Origin: a virus
Taxonomy: Duplodnaviria; Heunggongvirae; Uroviricota; Caudoviricetes
DNA: 64,000 nucleotides
IMG/VR virus record: IMGVR_UViG_3300029267_003506
Direction: 5' to 3' (one strand)
Shown here in pieces: positions 28,387-37,700 of this stretch. Both the position numbers and the translations under genes were made by a program. How positions within the stretch are numbered: the first letter of the stretch is position 1; every line of letters begins with the position of its first letter. The notes beneath the pieces were generated by a model, which saw nothing but the letters and a program-made list of their open reading frames with translations, did no database searches and was not told where the DNA came from.

Positions 28387-28873
28387 GATGTTCTCCCAGC
28401 CTGTCGTCTAGGAACTCTCGTTTGTTGAGACGACCGGTCAACAGTGGCCAACCGTTTTCCCAGTTATCGATCACGCCATACTTCTCGCGCGTCAAAACCA
28501 CCTCAATCACGAACTCCGTGCGAAACGGGACGCCCATGTAAAACGCGCGCCGCTTGGGCAACATGGCACCCCAGGTTACGTCTATCACCGTTCCCTCTTC
28601 AGTTGCGACCCAAGCGTGGTGCATCGGGATCAGCCCCTCGCATAGCCCGTAGCCCTCGCAATAGATAAGGGACTTGTCATCAAGTAGTTCAAAGGCGTTA
28701 GCAAAACACCTGCGAGGCTCAGCGGGTTCAAAACCCTCTGGGAGTCCCTCGGCACTGAAGACAATCCCGTGCTGAAGGACAAAATCTTCCATGCACACGT
28801 ACAGGTACTCGGTCCTTGTCATGTTCCGGCGACACATGTCCACCACCGATGATAAATATTCTCTGAGTTCCAT
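28376..28873 (-). CDS. possible papain-fold (transglutaminase/NlpC-like) cysteine peptidase
   Basis: CFANAFELL...HHAWVATEEGTVIDVTW suggests a Cys-His-Asp arrangement. Start MELREYL at 28873; the ORF track extends to 28954. Confidence 0.35.
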   Translation of the reverse strand: MELREYLSSVVDMCRRNMTRTEYLYVCMEDFVLQHGIVFSAEGLPEGFEPAEPRRCFANAFELLDDKSLIYCEGYGLCEGLIPMHHAWVATEEGTVIDVTWGAMLPKRRAFYMGVPFRTEFVIEVVLTREKYGVIDNWENGWPLLTGRLNKREFLDDRLGEHHGQ

Positions 28874-28874
28874 C

Positions 28875-29426
28875 TCACACCACGCGAAATAGACCCTTCG
28901 GTCCCATACCCCACTTCCCAGGAAAAAACCTACGCAGGAGCGCCCACAAGGCAACTCGTTCCTTGCTCGGGACGCTGTTCATCCGGCGCTCAGAATCAAA
29001 ACGGCGTCCAGGTATGTCCCTCCACGCCTGAATGAACTCTTCCTTTTCACCGCGCCGAAAGGGAGTATCGACGAGAAGCCGGTCCCCGTCCTCCTCAATC
29101 GTAATCTCGTATTCTTGGCGGTCCCGAGCCTTAACGAAACGACGGCGCATGCGATTAGCCAGAGCAACGAGATTTTCGTCCAGTTTTTCCACCAGGTCAG
29201 CGTACTCAAGAACTTCCTGAGCCTTCCCTGCCATTGCTGCCTCAGCCGCGTGGTAGACATGCTCATTGGCAATCGTGCGGATATCCGGCTCCAAAAGTTC
29301 GAGCCCTCCCCGACATTCAGGTCCGATTCCTTGCGCGACGCTGTCAGCATCCAAAAGAAGCCGTCCGCAACACACACAGTGAACTTGGAGCATCTGGCAC
29401 GCCGGCGCTTTAACGTAGTCAGCCAT
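28875..29426 (-). CDS. Zn-ribbon hypothetical protein
   Basis: Start MADYVKAPACQ at 29426 with RBS AAAGGAGAC. VHCVCCGRLL. Confidence 0.5.
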   Translation of the reverse strand: MADYVKAPACQMLQVHCVCCGRLLLDADSVAQGIGPECRGGLELLEPDIRTIANEHVYHAAEAAMAGKAQEVLEYADLVEKLDENLVALANRMRRRFVKARDRQEYEITIEEDGDRLLVDTPFRRGEKEEFIQAWRDIPGRRFDSERRMNSVPSKERVALWALLRRFFPGKWGMGPKGLFRVV

Positions 29427-29456
29427 TTTCAGTCTCCTTTCTGAAGTGTCCACCTG

Positions 29457-29469
29457 TGTAACCGGTCCC
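29457..29469 (-). promoter_or_regulatory. conserved phage motif variant GGGACCGGTTACACAGG
   Basis: 30 nt upstream of the start at 29426. Confidence 0.45.
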
Positions 29470-29497
29470 AAAATACAAATGACCCGATTTTCTCAGT

Positions 29498-30139
29498 TTA
29501 TTCTGGTTTTTTCCTCTCAGTAGATTCCGCAAAGGCACGTCGAACGCTTGCAGGGAGGGCACTGCATGTCCTCACTCTTAAACACCACGAGCAGTATTTG
29601 CAGAGACAGGGCTTTTTCTCGGGATTTTTTACAGCAGCGACAATCGGCAGAACTATCTCCTCCGCTTCTGCATTGGAAAGGACTTCACTGACAATTTCCT
29701 CGGTTTTCCCGTAAAGCAAAGTCAGGCGCGCCTCAGATGTTCCCATCTTGCGCATCATAATCAGACCATAGACCGCGAGTTGAGGCAGATAGTGTGCCTC
29801 GCCGCCGGATTTGTAGTCAACGATGTGAATTCCGTCGCTGGTATCCAAAACGTCAATGAATCCGCGTCCCACAACCGCAATATCAGATCTTGAGGGGCGC
29901 ACCTCTACCTCGACCTGGCGTTGGCTGGAGGTATTCTTCTCAATCCATCGAATCGCCCATCGCACTTTCTTTTTTTCAGATGGCCAAAGGGACTTCCATG
30001 ATGGCTCGTTGCCTAGAAAGTGTTCCTCAATTACTGCGTGTTGTATCGACCCTCTTTCTGCCGCCAAGCCCGCCTCTGTTGACTGAAAGCACGGGCATTC
30101 GGCTAGCATCGGCAACTTTGACGGGGAACAATGACCCAT
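29498..30139 (-). CDS. PD-(D/E)xK nuclease, Cas4/RecB-like, with Cys cluster
   Basis: GFIDVL...IHIVDYKSG core. C-terminal CLCKYCSWC plus N-terminal ECPC. Confidence 0.55.
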   Translation of the reverse strand: MGHCSPSKLPMLAECPCFQSTEAGLAAERGSIQHAVIEEHFLGNEPSWKSLWPSEKKKVRWAIRWIEKNTSSQRQVEVEVRPSRSDIAVVGRGFIDVLDTSDGIHIVDYKSGGEAHYLPQLAVYGLIMMRKMGTSEARLTLLYGKTEEIVSEVLSNAEAEEIVLPIVAAVKNPEKKPCLCKYCSWCLRVRTCSALPASVRRAFAESTERKKPE

Positions 30140-30165
30140 CCGTGATTTCCCTTTCCTCTCAGACG

Positions 30166-31101
30166 TTACAGCAATGTTAACTGAACCATTGGCTTCTGCC
30201 TGCTCTTGCTCGCCTCCCGGTATAAGTCGAAAAGCCTGCTTGCCTCTGTTTTCAGCCCTGCATCACGAGACAAACCGGGGCTGAGTCGTCGTTCGTCAAG
30301 TGAGAGCCACTCACTGTCAAAATAAACTCTCCACTTCCCATATTTCAACCACTCATTCGAACCAGGGCGCAATGCCAATACGCGCCTGAGTTGGCTGTAA
30401 AACTCTTTGCGCGGCGCTTCGTTATAGAAAGCGCATTTATCAGCAAATGGACAAACATGACAACGCGCATGAAAACCACAAACATCCTGCCCGAAGTCTA
30501 CGAACGAACGGGAAAAATGCCCCAACTTCTCTGATCTGGTGTGCCTTCTAATTTCACGCTCAATTTTATAGTCACCTCCGCTCGGCTTGACGATTCCCAT
30601 TCGCTTTGTTATGCGCCGCACGTGAAGGTCAATGCCAAACTCCTCCTCGCCAAAGATAGTTGCCATCATGATGCTCGCGATATGTTTTCCGACTCCTGGC
30701 AATGATTCTAGTCCTGCTCGGCTAGACGGGACCTCGCCTCGTCGTTTGGCAACTTGGCGGGACAAACCAACAACAAAGTCAGCCTTTCGGTCAGCAAACT
30801 TGATCCTGGCTTTTTGGAGCGTCGCAGCCACTTGCGTTTGGTCAGCGTGTCCTAACTCATAAGCATCCTGGAAATCGCGGAACAGCGGCTCGATAGCCCT
30901 GAATGCAGCCTCTTCACTGCTGCCGCCGGTAAGGACAGTTTTAACAATGTGCCGCCAAGCCCATCTCATCGGTTTTTGGAAAGAGTGATTTCTCAGGTTT
31001 GCGCCCACTGGAATCTTGCCCTCTTGAGAAAGACCAAAATGCCAACGTCGCCACGGATATAGATGCGTCAGTTTTTCGCTGAGATGTTCGATGAGGTTCA
31101 T
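30166..31101 (-). CDS. HhH-GPD DNA glycosylase, endonuclease III-like, with [4Fe-4S] cluster loop
   Basis: LESLPGVGKHIASIMMA...GIDLHV (HhH motif plus Asp). C-terminal CGFHARCHVCPFADKC. Confidence 0.6.
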   Translation of the reverse strand: MNLIEHLSEKLTHLYPWRRWHFGLSQEGKIPVGANLRNHSFQKPMRWAWRHIVKTVLTGGSSEEAAFRAIEPLFRDFQDAYELGHADQTQVAATLQKARIKFADRKADFVVGLSRQVAKRRGEVPSSRAGLESLPGVGKHIASIMMATIFGEEEFGIDLHVRRITKRMGIVKPSGGDYKIEREIRRHTRSEKLGHFSRSFVDFGQDVCGFHARCHVCPFADKCAFYNEAPRKEFYSQLRRVLALRPGSNEWLKYGKWRVYFDSEWLSLDERRLSPGLSRDAGLKTEASRLFDLYREASKSRQKPMVQLTLL

Positions 31102-31451
31102 TCTTCGTCCTCATCTTGGGGCTCTTGAAAACGCAGGTGCCAGGCGTCCTCTGGCATCTCTTCAGCATGTTTTATTGTCCACCCATATACGCACCGATCA
31201 GATTCTGCGATTTGTAACGTGGATGCATCCCGGCGTACACACAAGACGCCTCTCTCGCAGGCAGGACACTCTCTCTTCCACCGCGACGTACCATCCGCGC
31301 TGCCTAAATCAACGTGCCGAACATGTTGGGGCGGCTCAGAAATCCTCGATCCTGCTATTTTTTCGTCCACTGCAATACCCTCCTCAAAGAAAGCCCCGCC
31401 GGAAAACCAGCGGGGCTCAGAAAATCGCGTGTTTTCCGGCAAGAATCTCAA
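31098..31451 (-). CDS. hypothetical protein
   Basis: 117-aa ORF with 4-nt overlaps to both neighbours. Confidence 0.35.
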   Translation of the reverse strand: MRFLPENTRFSEPRWFSGGAFFEEGIAVDEKIAGSRISEPPQHVRHVDLGSADGTSRWKRECPACERGVLCVRRDASTLQIAESDRCVYGWTIKHAEEMPEDAWHLRFQEPQDEDEE

Positions 31452-32551
31452 TTATCGTTCTGCATCTGCGATGTCGGTGCGCTCATTCGTGGCGCGTCCA
31501 ACCCAAAGAGAAACTGGCTTCCTTGCGGCAGAATCTGAGACGGCACGTTCCCGTTCCACTTCTCTGCCGCGATAAGTGCCGCCTTAGCCCGCATCTTCTC
31601 GATTTCCAGGCGCACCTGTTTAATACGTTCCTCAGCAGCCGCCGCAAATGCCTTGGCTGCTCTTGCTGACGCCTCGGCCATTTCAACCTCTTTCTTGTTG
31701 ACCTCCGCTTGTGCCAGACGCTCTTGGCGCTTTGCCTCGACTTTCATCTCTTCTTCATAAGCGTGGTCAATAGCGTCTTGAATTCTCTGGTTGTGATAGG
31801 TCAAGCCACCGACAATACCGACGTTCTCTACGGTCACGCCCCTGGATGAGAAATCCTCCTTCACTTCCTTCAGCATGATCTCCGTAATATCTCGCTTGTC
31901 GGTCTTACAATCTTTCAGAAGCCGGCTGCCAAACTCACGAGACAAAATAGCCGCCACAGCCCCGCGCACATTGGTGTCGATAACCTGCGCCAATGACTTC
32001 CCCGGATAGTAGTAGAGAAACCTGGATGCATCCTTCTCGGTCACAAACGCCGTGATGTTAATACCCACGCCGAACGAAATGCTATCTTTCGACTCTACGT
32101 CAATATCCTGTTTGGTGGTGTCGCTACCGGTCTGCATAGAGGCTGTCCATTCCCGCGTCACTGGTGTTCTGTTCACCCGAATCACGCGCACGGTCGGCAC
32201 CCACTCAAAATCCCCCAGGCTTGGCCAGCGTCCTGTCGTCTTTTTGCGCAATGGGATGTTGATGCGTTTGGTTGCTACCTTTGCTGCCTCAAGATATTCC
32301 ACCGAGCCGAATTTTCCCTGGACGGTTTTGTTTGCGCCCTCCAGAGGCACCACAAAGGCTGTCTCGTATGGCTGGATTTCTTCAAACCTCTCCACGCACG
32401 GAGGTCCCATCAACGAAGCAATAATCAACCACGCTACAATTCCCACCACCACAATCCCAACCAAAATCCCAATCACCTTAGTCACTTGCTTCTCCCTTCT
32501 CTTCATCCTTCTTGTCGATGTCCCACGCAGACACCGCCTTCGATAAGACAC
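31448..32551 (-). CDS. SPFH/band-7 (stomatin/prohibitin-like) membrane protein
   Basis: N-terminal TM helix, SPFH core, and a long coiled-coil C-terminus (EAKRQERLAQAEVNKKEVEMAEASARAAKAFAAAAEE). Confidence 0.65.
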   Translation of the reverse strand: MSYRRRCLRGTSTRRMKRREKQVTKVIGILVGIVVVGIVAWLIIASLMGPPCVERFEEIQPYETAFVVPLEGANKTVQGKFGSVEYLEAAKVATKRINIPLRKKTTGRWPSLGDFEWVPTVRVIRVNRTPVTREWTASMQTGSDTTKQDIDVESKDSISFGVGINITAFVTEKDASRFLYYYPGKSLAQVIDTNVRGAVAAILSREFGSRLLKDCKTDKRDITEIMLKEVKEDFSSRGVTVENVGIVGGLTYHNQRIQDAIDHAYEEEMKVEAKRQERLAQAEVNKKEVEMAEASARAAKAFAAAAEERIKQVRLEIEKMRAKAALIAAEKWNGNVPSQILPQGSQFLFGLDAPRMSAPTSQMQNDN

Positions 32552-32810
32552 TCAGCCACACCCATGCCAGAACTACGATTACGAGTCCCTGTTCCACACA
32601 AACCACCACTCCCCTCGTTACCACTCGACCGGCTACATAAGATGCGTCGTCGTCCTCCAGTTGCTTCACCGCCGCTGAACCCTCTATTGGCCCGCGCACG
32701 TTCTCGTAGACAGCGTCAAATACCAAATGCGCCGCCACAAGCAACACCGTCGCCAGCAATGCAAACCTGATAACCTGCCAGGGCGTTCGCTCACACTTGC
32801 ATTCGCTCAT
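32478..32810 (-). CDS. small membrane protein, partner of the SPFH protein (NfeD-like position)
   Basis: Two hydrophobic helices. Immediately upstream of and overlapping the SPFH gene. Preceded by the TGGTATAATGG element at 32843. Confidence 0.5.
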   Translation of the reverse strand: MSECKCERTPWQVIRFALLATVLLVAAHLVFDAVYENVRGPIEGSAAVKQLEDDDASYVAGRVVTRGVVVCVEQGLVIVVLAWVWLSVLSKAVSAWDIDKKDEEKGEASD

Positions 32811-32842
32811 CTGCGTTCCTCCGAAAACTGAATTCTGCCACC

Positions 32843-32852
32843 CATTATACCA
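32843..32852 (-). promoter_or_regulatory. extended -10 element TGGTATAATG
   Basis: About 30 nt upstream of the start of the membrane/SPFH operon (32810). Confidence 0.55.
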
Positions 32853-32989
32853 TCAAGGATGAAAAAAGAACCACAATTTTTCATTTTAGTTGCAACGTCT
32901 GGGCTAACTAGATATGCTGCCCTGTTTTAGGACAGTTGTTCTTGGGACTGGGGTTTCAAGGACTCTCTTGTCTCGGGTGTCCTAACTGC

Positions 32990-33583
32990 TTATGTGCCGA
33001 GAATGCGCGTCGCCAAACGCAGCAATTTCCTCACGGTTGCCTGCCTCTGTTTCTTCGCTTTCTCGTCCTTGTATTGCCTCAATAATCCTGGGAGAGCCTT
33101 CCAGCATGCCCTCTTTTCCTCGTCCCAGTCGTGTCTCAGTTCCTCGTCGCTACCACGCGGCACAAAACCGTCTTTCGTCCGCATGAGCCACCAGTTGCCC
33201 TCTTCCCTGGGCACGATGATACAAAACCTTTCCCCCGAACTAATGGGTCCGCCGCCCTCGTACTTCTGAATCCGAAAATAGTAGGTGCCTTGCTGCCAGT
33301 CTCCGCCCGCAGCGCATAGTTCGCACTTGCACCTCATCTTGTCGTTTACTGGTTTTCCGTCCTTCGCAGACTCAAAGGCATCTTCAGGAGTGTCGATAGC
33401 AACACGACGCTGCTCGATTGCATCGTCGTTCTCCAGGTTAAACTGAATACCCTGGCTTTTTTGAGCCTCTTTAACCTTCTCGCGCCAGTCGTCCCTGGCA
33501 AGGTCGCTCACGTCAAAGAAGTGCTTATCAAGTCTAGCCATGTCTCTCTCAATCCAGTGGTTCAAACCCAAAACTGTCCACAA
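32990..33583 (-). CDS. hypothetical protein
   Basis: 197-aa ORF. Confidence 0.5.
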   Translation of the reverse strand: MWTVLGLNHWIERDMARLDKHFFDVSDLARDDWREKVKEAQKSQGIQFNLENDDAIEQRRVAIDTPEDAFESAKDGKPVNDKMRCKCELCAAGGDWQQGTYYFRIQKYEGGGPISSGERFCIIVPREEGNWWLMRTKDGFVPRGSDEELRHDWDEEKRACWKALPGLLRQYKDEKAKKQRQATVRKLLRLATRILGT

Positions 33584-33971
33584 TCCACGCTTTGTTGCCG
33601 ATTTTGATTACGTCGCCGACAGACATAGACGTGTGATGTGCGCCTGACTTGCGAATGAAATCACGCGCCTCCCCGCCGGGTGACCACCTCTCACCTTGCA
33701 TCATGGCGAATATCTTGTTCAGGTTCGCCTCCTTGATGGAACCCAAAAGCACGTGTGTCTTTTTGAGCACCTTCGGGTCGGGCACTAATCCTTGCTTGCG
33801 CAGCCAATTCATTCCCATCATCCCGTCCCGCGCAAAACGGTCGTTCTGATACCAAATTTCGGTGCGTCCCGGAGCCAGTCCCTTCTCAAAAACCTCGAAA
33901 TCATTCAAGGTCCGAAACTGGGCAATTAGAAGCCTCGCCACAGCCAATATTTCTCTTGCGATACGTTCCAT
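33549..33971 (-). CDS. peptide-box family member (divergent N-terminal box MERIAREILAVARLL)
   Basis: N-terminal amphipathic box, then a unique C-terminal part. Confidence 0.5.
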   Translation of the reverse strand: MERIAREILAVARLLIAQFRTLNDFEVFEKGLAPGRTEIWYQNDRFARDGMMGMNWLRKQGLVPDPKVLKKTHVLLGSIKEANLNKIFAMMQGERWSPGGEARDFIRKSGAHHTSMSVGDVIKIGNKAWIVDSFGFEPLD

Positions 33972-33980
33972 GGGATCCTC

Positions 33981-36900
33981 CTATGCATATTTCCGCTTAA
34001 GATCAGCAACCATCTTCTCAACCTGCCTGATGCCCTCTTTGGTTTCAGGGATGCTCACCGTCTCTCCCCTATCAATGCGCTTGTGACGCTGGTAGATGCC
34101 ATTGACGCCCCACCCGGGTGTGCGCATGATAACCCACCGATAGAGCAACAACCGCACATCCTCTTCCTCGTTCAGGGGGATGCTATACATGTCCTTCGCG
34201 TGATATTTCATCCCCAGACGTCTTTCAAGGAGCGCGATGAAATCCTTTGGTCGTATCCTGTCTTCTTCCCCGGACTGCTCGCCAAATATCTTCTCCAGGC
34301 GACGAGCCGGCAGTACCACCTTCGGGTCGGCAGCATCCTTTGTCTCGTCCAGCGTCACAAACTTCGACTTGAAGATGTTAGTCTTCCTGCCGCCCACGAA
34401 AGCAACCGAATTGTAGAGCGCAGCATTGTCGTGGTGGGCGTACTTGTAGACGTCAAACGAAACGTAGTCATCTCCCTCCAGGTCTATCAGCACCTTTACC
34501 GTCCAGCCGTCTCTCGTCGCATGTGCCCTCTTGATGCCTGCCTTTTTGACTGGCGCGAATTTCTCAACCCATGCGCTGAATCTAGGAAGTGCGGATTTCA
34601 TAGTCCCCACGAAATCTTCCATCTCATCCTTTTGTTTCTTTTCCCTTTCTTCCTTTTCTTCCTTGGATTTCTCGTAGCGCTTTTCTAGTTCCTCACGCCG
34701 GCGTTGCTCTCTGACATCCTGGAGATTGATGATGTTCGGAGCCGTCGCCAAAATCGCCTGGGCAACCCTCTCCTCTACAGTCATCTCGGAAGAAAGCCTC
34801 ATGAGACCAGTTGTGCGCTCTCCGGTCTCCCTTGCGCGCTGTCTCACTTGTCGCATTGTAGGACCGCGCTTGACCCAATCCACGAGTTTCTTAAGGAGTG
34901 TTTCGTCGCCGCCTCGCTGCTTGATTGACCAGAAATCATGCTCGTTCCAGCGCTGGTCTCTCCCATCTACCAGCAAGTAGTTCGCCATGAAATCACGGGA
35001 ACCCACCCCAACACGCCGGGCACTATCCGGGAGTCCCATCTGCATGCCAGCCTTCCCGTGTCTCTCTCCCAAGTACTTCAACCCCAGTTCATGGAGTTTC
35101 TCTTTCAAAACCAGTGACCGTTCTTCCATTGTCTCATTGCGCTTCTGAGGCTCGACCCGGAAAACATTGACATAGGGCTCCTTGGTAAAAACATACGTGT
35201 CTTTCTCTCCCCGGTTGCCAATCACGGTCACAACGAGCGCGTCGTCCCGCACCTCAGCATACGGAATTTCTTGGACACCAATCTCGGCAAGGGCTTCATC
35301 TAACGGCTTCCCAAGTGGCTTTCTGGAAACCGCTTTGGGTCTCTTCGCGCGGTGTGTTTTGCCAGGAAAGATGGCAGCGTGAGACCATTTTGACCCGTTC
35401 CCGTATTCACGCACGACTTTGGCAAAATCCTTATGCGTCGGAACGTCCAAAACGGCAGCAGCAACCCTCTCGGCGATGCTGCTTTGGTCCAGAAAGCCAA
35501 TCTCTTCCTGGTCGTCGATTCCCGCCTCGCACGCAACAGTATCAGCAAGAAGACTCAACTCCGTCGCAATAACCTGCATATCCATAAGATCCTCCTCACT
35601 CGCCACCTTGAGCCCGTTAACTTTTCTGAACAAATATACCAGACGCTCAGGCATCGGTTTGTTCGTGATGTAATGCGCAAATGCCTCAGCGTAATCTTCC
35701 CGCGTATTGTTTTTCCCGTATTCCGTCGTGCTCTCCAGTTCAACAAGTGTCGCGCCGATTGATTTCCTCGCCGCATCCTTAAGACGCCCGAAAGGCTTGT
35801 GGACGTATTTTTTCATGAATTCATAGTCTTCCCTCGGTCGACCACGCATCCTGCTGGGAAGAATCTCCGGGTCTTGCTCGCCGGCTAATACCTCAGCCAC
35901 AGGCGGAATCCACTTGGCATCCCAGTAAGAACCGCCAAATGATCCCTCTTCGACTAGGTAGCCGATGTACTTCCTGCGAGCCGTCTTGATGTTGCCGCCT
36001 GAAAAACCGTGGGCGCTCCTCACTATCAAATCGTACACGTCTAGTAGCGCGTGCTTCGCCTGCCCCCTTCTAAGCGCAGCCAGAAATCTCTTGTATCCGA
36101 ACTCTGTCCAATTCGGATACTCAAACCCTAGCGCGTCTTTCTCGAACGGAACAGCCTTCTTGAACAACGCATAAACCATGTCCACCTGCTGCTTACTCAC
36201 TCTCGTCGCCCGGTTCTCAAAGTCCCCCTCCCACATCGCCCGCTGCGTCGAGCCCATCTTCTTGTACCAATGTCTGTGCCCCAGTTCATGTGCAAACAAC
36301 GTAGGATTTATGCTGTCCGCATTCACCACCACGATGTCCCTCGACTGGTCATAGTAGGCACCCGCCGTCATGCTCTTGTACTTCTTCGCCTGGTCGTTGT
36401 AAACGCTGAACCCGTCAAGCTTGCTAGAGACGACAATTATTGGACCATACAATACATTGCCGAAGCCGAGTTTCTTCATCTTGGCAATGACAGGCTTTAA
36501 CTCAGAAAGAGCCCTAGCCATGTGGTCATCATTTAGACCAGCATTGACAATCGTGAATGGTCCGTACTCGAACTTCTCTTTTATCTTACCGTAACCAGCG
36601 GCACCCTCTCCCTTGCCTGTCCCAAAGACGTAGCCGTGCTTCTCCAAGAGCGCCCGGAGCGTATCGGCACCTTGTTCGGCTCGCTGCAATAGGCTCGGGC
36701 GCTCAGACGATTCGAGACTCACCATGCTTGGGTCGTAGCCTTCCTTGAGAAGATAATCGAGTTTTTTGACTACCTCGCGTGTGTTATCGTCCTGCAGCAC
36801 GGCGTGGGCTAACGTCGATTTCTCGTTCGGTCCATAGAGACCATTGACCATCATGCCAAGTGAAACGCCATGGTCGCGTTTGAAATCAGTCATCGCGTTC

Positions 36901-37037
36901 TTGAGGTCGGACAAAGAACCACTCTTGGCTGCGTCGTACAAGATGGTCTGAAGATAATCGTTGACGGTGGGCTTGTCTGCCGCCTCTTCAGCAGAATGTT
37001 TAACGAAGGCTTCGGCAGTCGTGGATACGCACCTCAT
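33981..37037 (-). CDS. giant ankyrin-repeat plus zincin (HELGH) metallopeptidase protein; polyvalent-protein-like
   Basis: N-terminal ANK-like repeats (TLAHAVLQDD...VVKKLDYLLKEGYDP). HExxH at LFAHELGHRHWY. 1018 aa. Confidence 0.65.
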   Translation of the reverse strand: MRCVSTTAEAFVKHSAEEAADKPTVNDYLQTILYDAAKSGSLSDLKNAMTDFKRDHGVSLGMMVNGLYGPNEKSTLAHAVLQDDNTREVVKKLDYLLKEGYDPSMVSLESSERPSLLQRAEQGADTLRALLEKHGYVFGTGKGEGAAGYGKIKEKFEYGPFTIVNAGLNDDHMARALSELKPVIAKMKKLGFGNVLYGPIIVVSSKLDGFSVYNDQAKKYKSMTAGAYYDQSRDIVVVNADSINPTLFAHELGHRHWYKKMGSTQRAMWEGDFENRATRVSKQQVDMVYALFKKAVPFEKDALGFEYPNWTEFGYKRFLAALRRGQAKHALLDVYDLIVRSAHGFSGGNIKTARRKYIGYLVEEGSFGGSYWDAKWIPPVAEVLAGEQDPEILPSRMRGRPREDYEFMKKYVHKPFGRLKDAARKSIGATLVELESTTEYGKNNTREDYAEAFAHYITNKPMPERLVYLFRKVNGLKVASEEDLMDMQVIATELSLLADTVACEAGIDDQEEIGFLDQSSIAERVAAAVLDVPTHKDFAKVVREYGNGSKWSHAAIFPGKTHRAKRPKAVSRKPLGKPLDEALAEIGVQEIPYAEVRDDALVVTVIGNRGEKDTYVFTKEPYVNVFRVEPQKRNETMEERSLVLKEKLHELGLKYLGERHGKAGMQMGLPDSARRVGVGSRDFMANYLLVDGRDQRWNEHDFWSIKQRGGDETLLKKLVDWVKRGPTMRQVRQRARETGERTTGLMRLSSEMTVEERVAQAILATAPNIINLQDVREQRRREELEKRYEKSKEEKEEREKKQKDEMEDFVGTMKSALPRFSAWVEKFAPVKKAGIKRAHATRDGWTVKVLIDLEGDDYVSFDVYKYAHHDNAALYNSVAFVGGRKTNIFKSKFVTLDETKDAADPKVVLPARRLEKIFGEQSGEEDRIRPKDFIALLERRLGMKYHAKDMYSIPLNEEEDVRLLLYRWVIMRTPGWGVNGIYQRHKRIDRGETVSIPETKEGIRQVEKMVADLKRKYA

Positions 37038-37046
37038 AATCTCTCT

Positions 37047-37076
37047 CTGAAAAAGGGGGGCATTTAAGCCCCCTGA
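37047..37076 (-). terminator. intrinsic terminator or attenuator hairpin immediately 5' of the giant gene
   Basis: GGGGGC-ATTTAA-GCCCCC stem followed by TTTTTC on the minus strand. It ends about 10 nt before the RBS and ATG at 37037. Confidence 0.5.
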
Positions 37077-37112
37077 CCGGTGTTGTCCCGGCGTGTGGGT
37101 GCGCGGCGTTCC

Positions 37113-37700
37113 TTATGACCGCGCCCCAAATCCTTCCATTTCCAGCAACTCAACCGCTGCTAGTTCGTCTTCCGGCATCGTCTTCGACAGCGCCAGGACC
37201 CGTACCGTCACCCCTCGCGAATCGCCCACAATCCATGCCGGTTCCTTCCGAAAATCCAATTCCGGAATGTCACGCTCGATGGCAAACACTTCACGCTTTA
37301 ACCGCTGACGAAGTTCCTTCTCTGTCGCCGTCGCCCAACCAACAGAAACCAGGGAACCAGCAGGACCAATCGTCGTCTCAAATCCCAAAACAAACCCGCG
37401 CGCCGTGTAAGAGTAGAACTTCTCCGTGCGCACTGCAGCCGTTTTCTCGACCTCGGAGGCTACTTTCCGTTCTTCCAAATCCGGGAATTGGGACTGAATC
37501 TCCCTGGCTAACCACAGAGTGCCCTTTTCCTCTGCCTTTTCAAGCATCTGGTCAATCCTCCGCGCCGTCGCCGGAGAAAGCCCCCGTAGCCGGTTCCCGT
37601 CGTCGCGTAGCATCCACATGGCAAGGTTCAATGCCCACTTCTCGACACGAGCCGCTAGACAGATGACCTCATTCGCGATACGTTCTGCGATGCGCTTCAT
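37113..37700 (-). CDS. peptide-box family member (divergent box MKRIAERIANEVICLA)
   Basis: N-terminal box variant. 195 aa. Confidence 0.5.
   Translation of the reverse strand: MKRIAERIANEVICLAARVEKWALNLAMWMLRDDGNRLRGLSPATARRIDQMLEKAEEKGTLWLAREIQSQFPDLEERKVASEVEKTAAVRTEKFYSYTARGFVLGFETTIGPAGSLVSVGWATATEKELRQRLKREVFAIERDIPELDFRKEPAWIVGDSRGVTVRVLALSKTMPEDELAAVELLEMEGFGARS

Noticed and set aside
32875-32990. Possible tRNA or structured RNA in the 115-bp gap between 32810 and 32990
   Set aside because: No acceptor or T-arm (GTTCRA-like) pattern or cloverleaf was found by eye on either strand, only short imperfect hairpins. A tRNAscan run would settle it.
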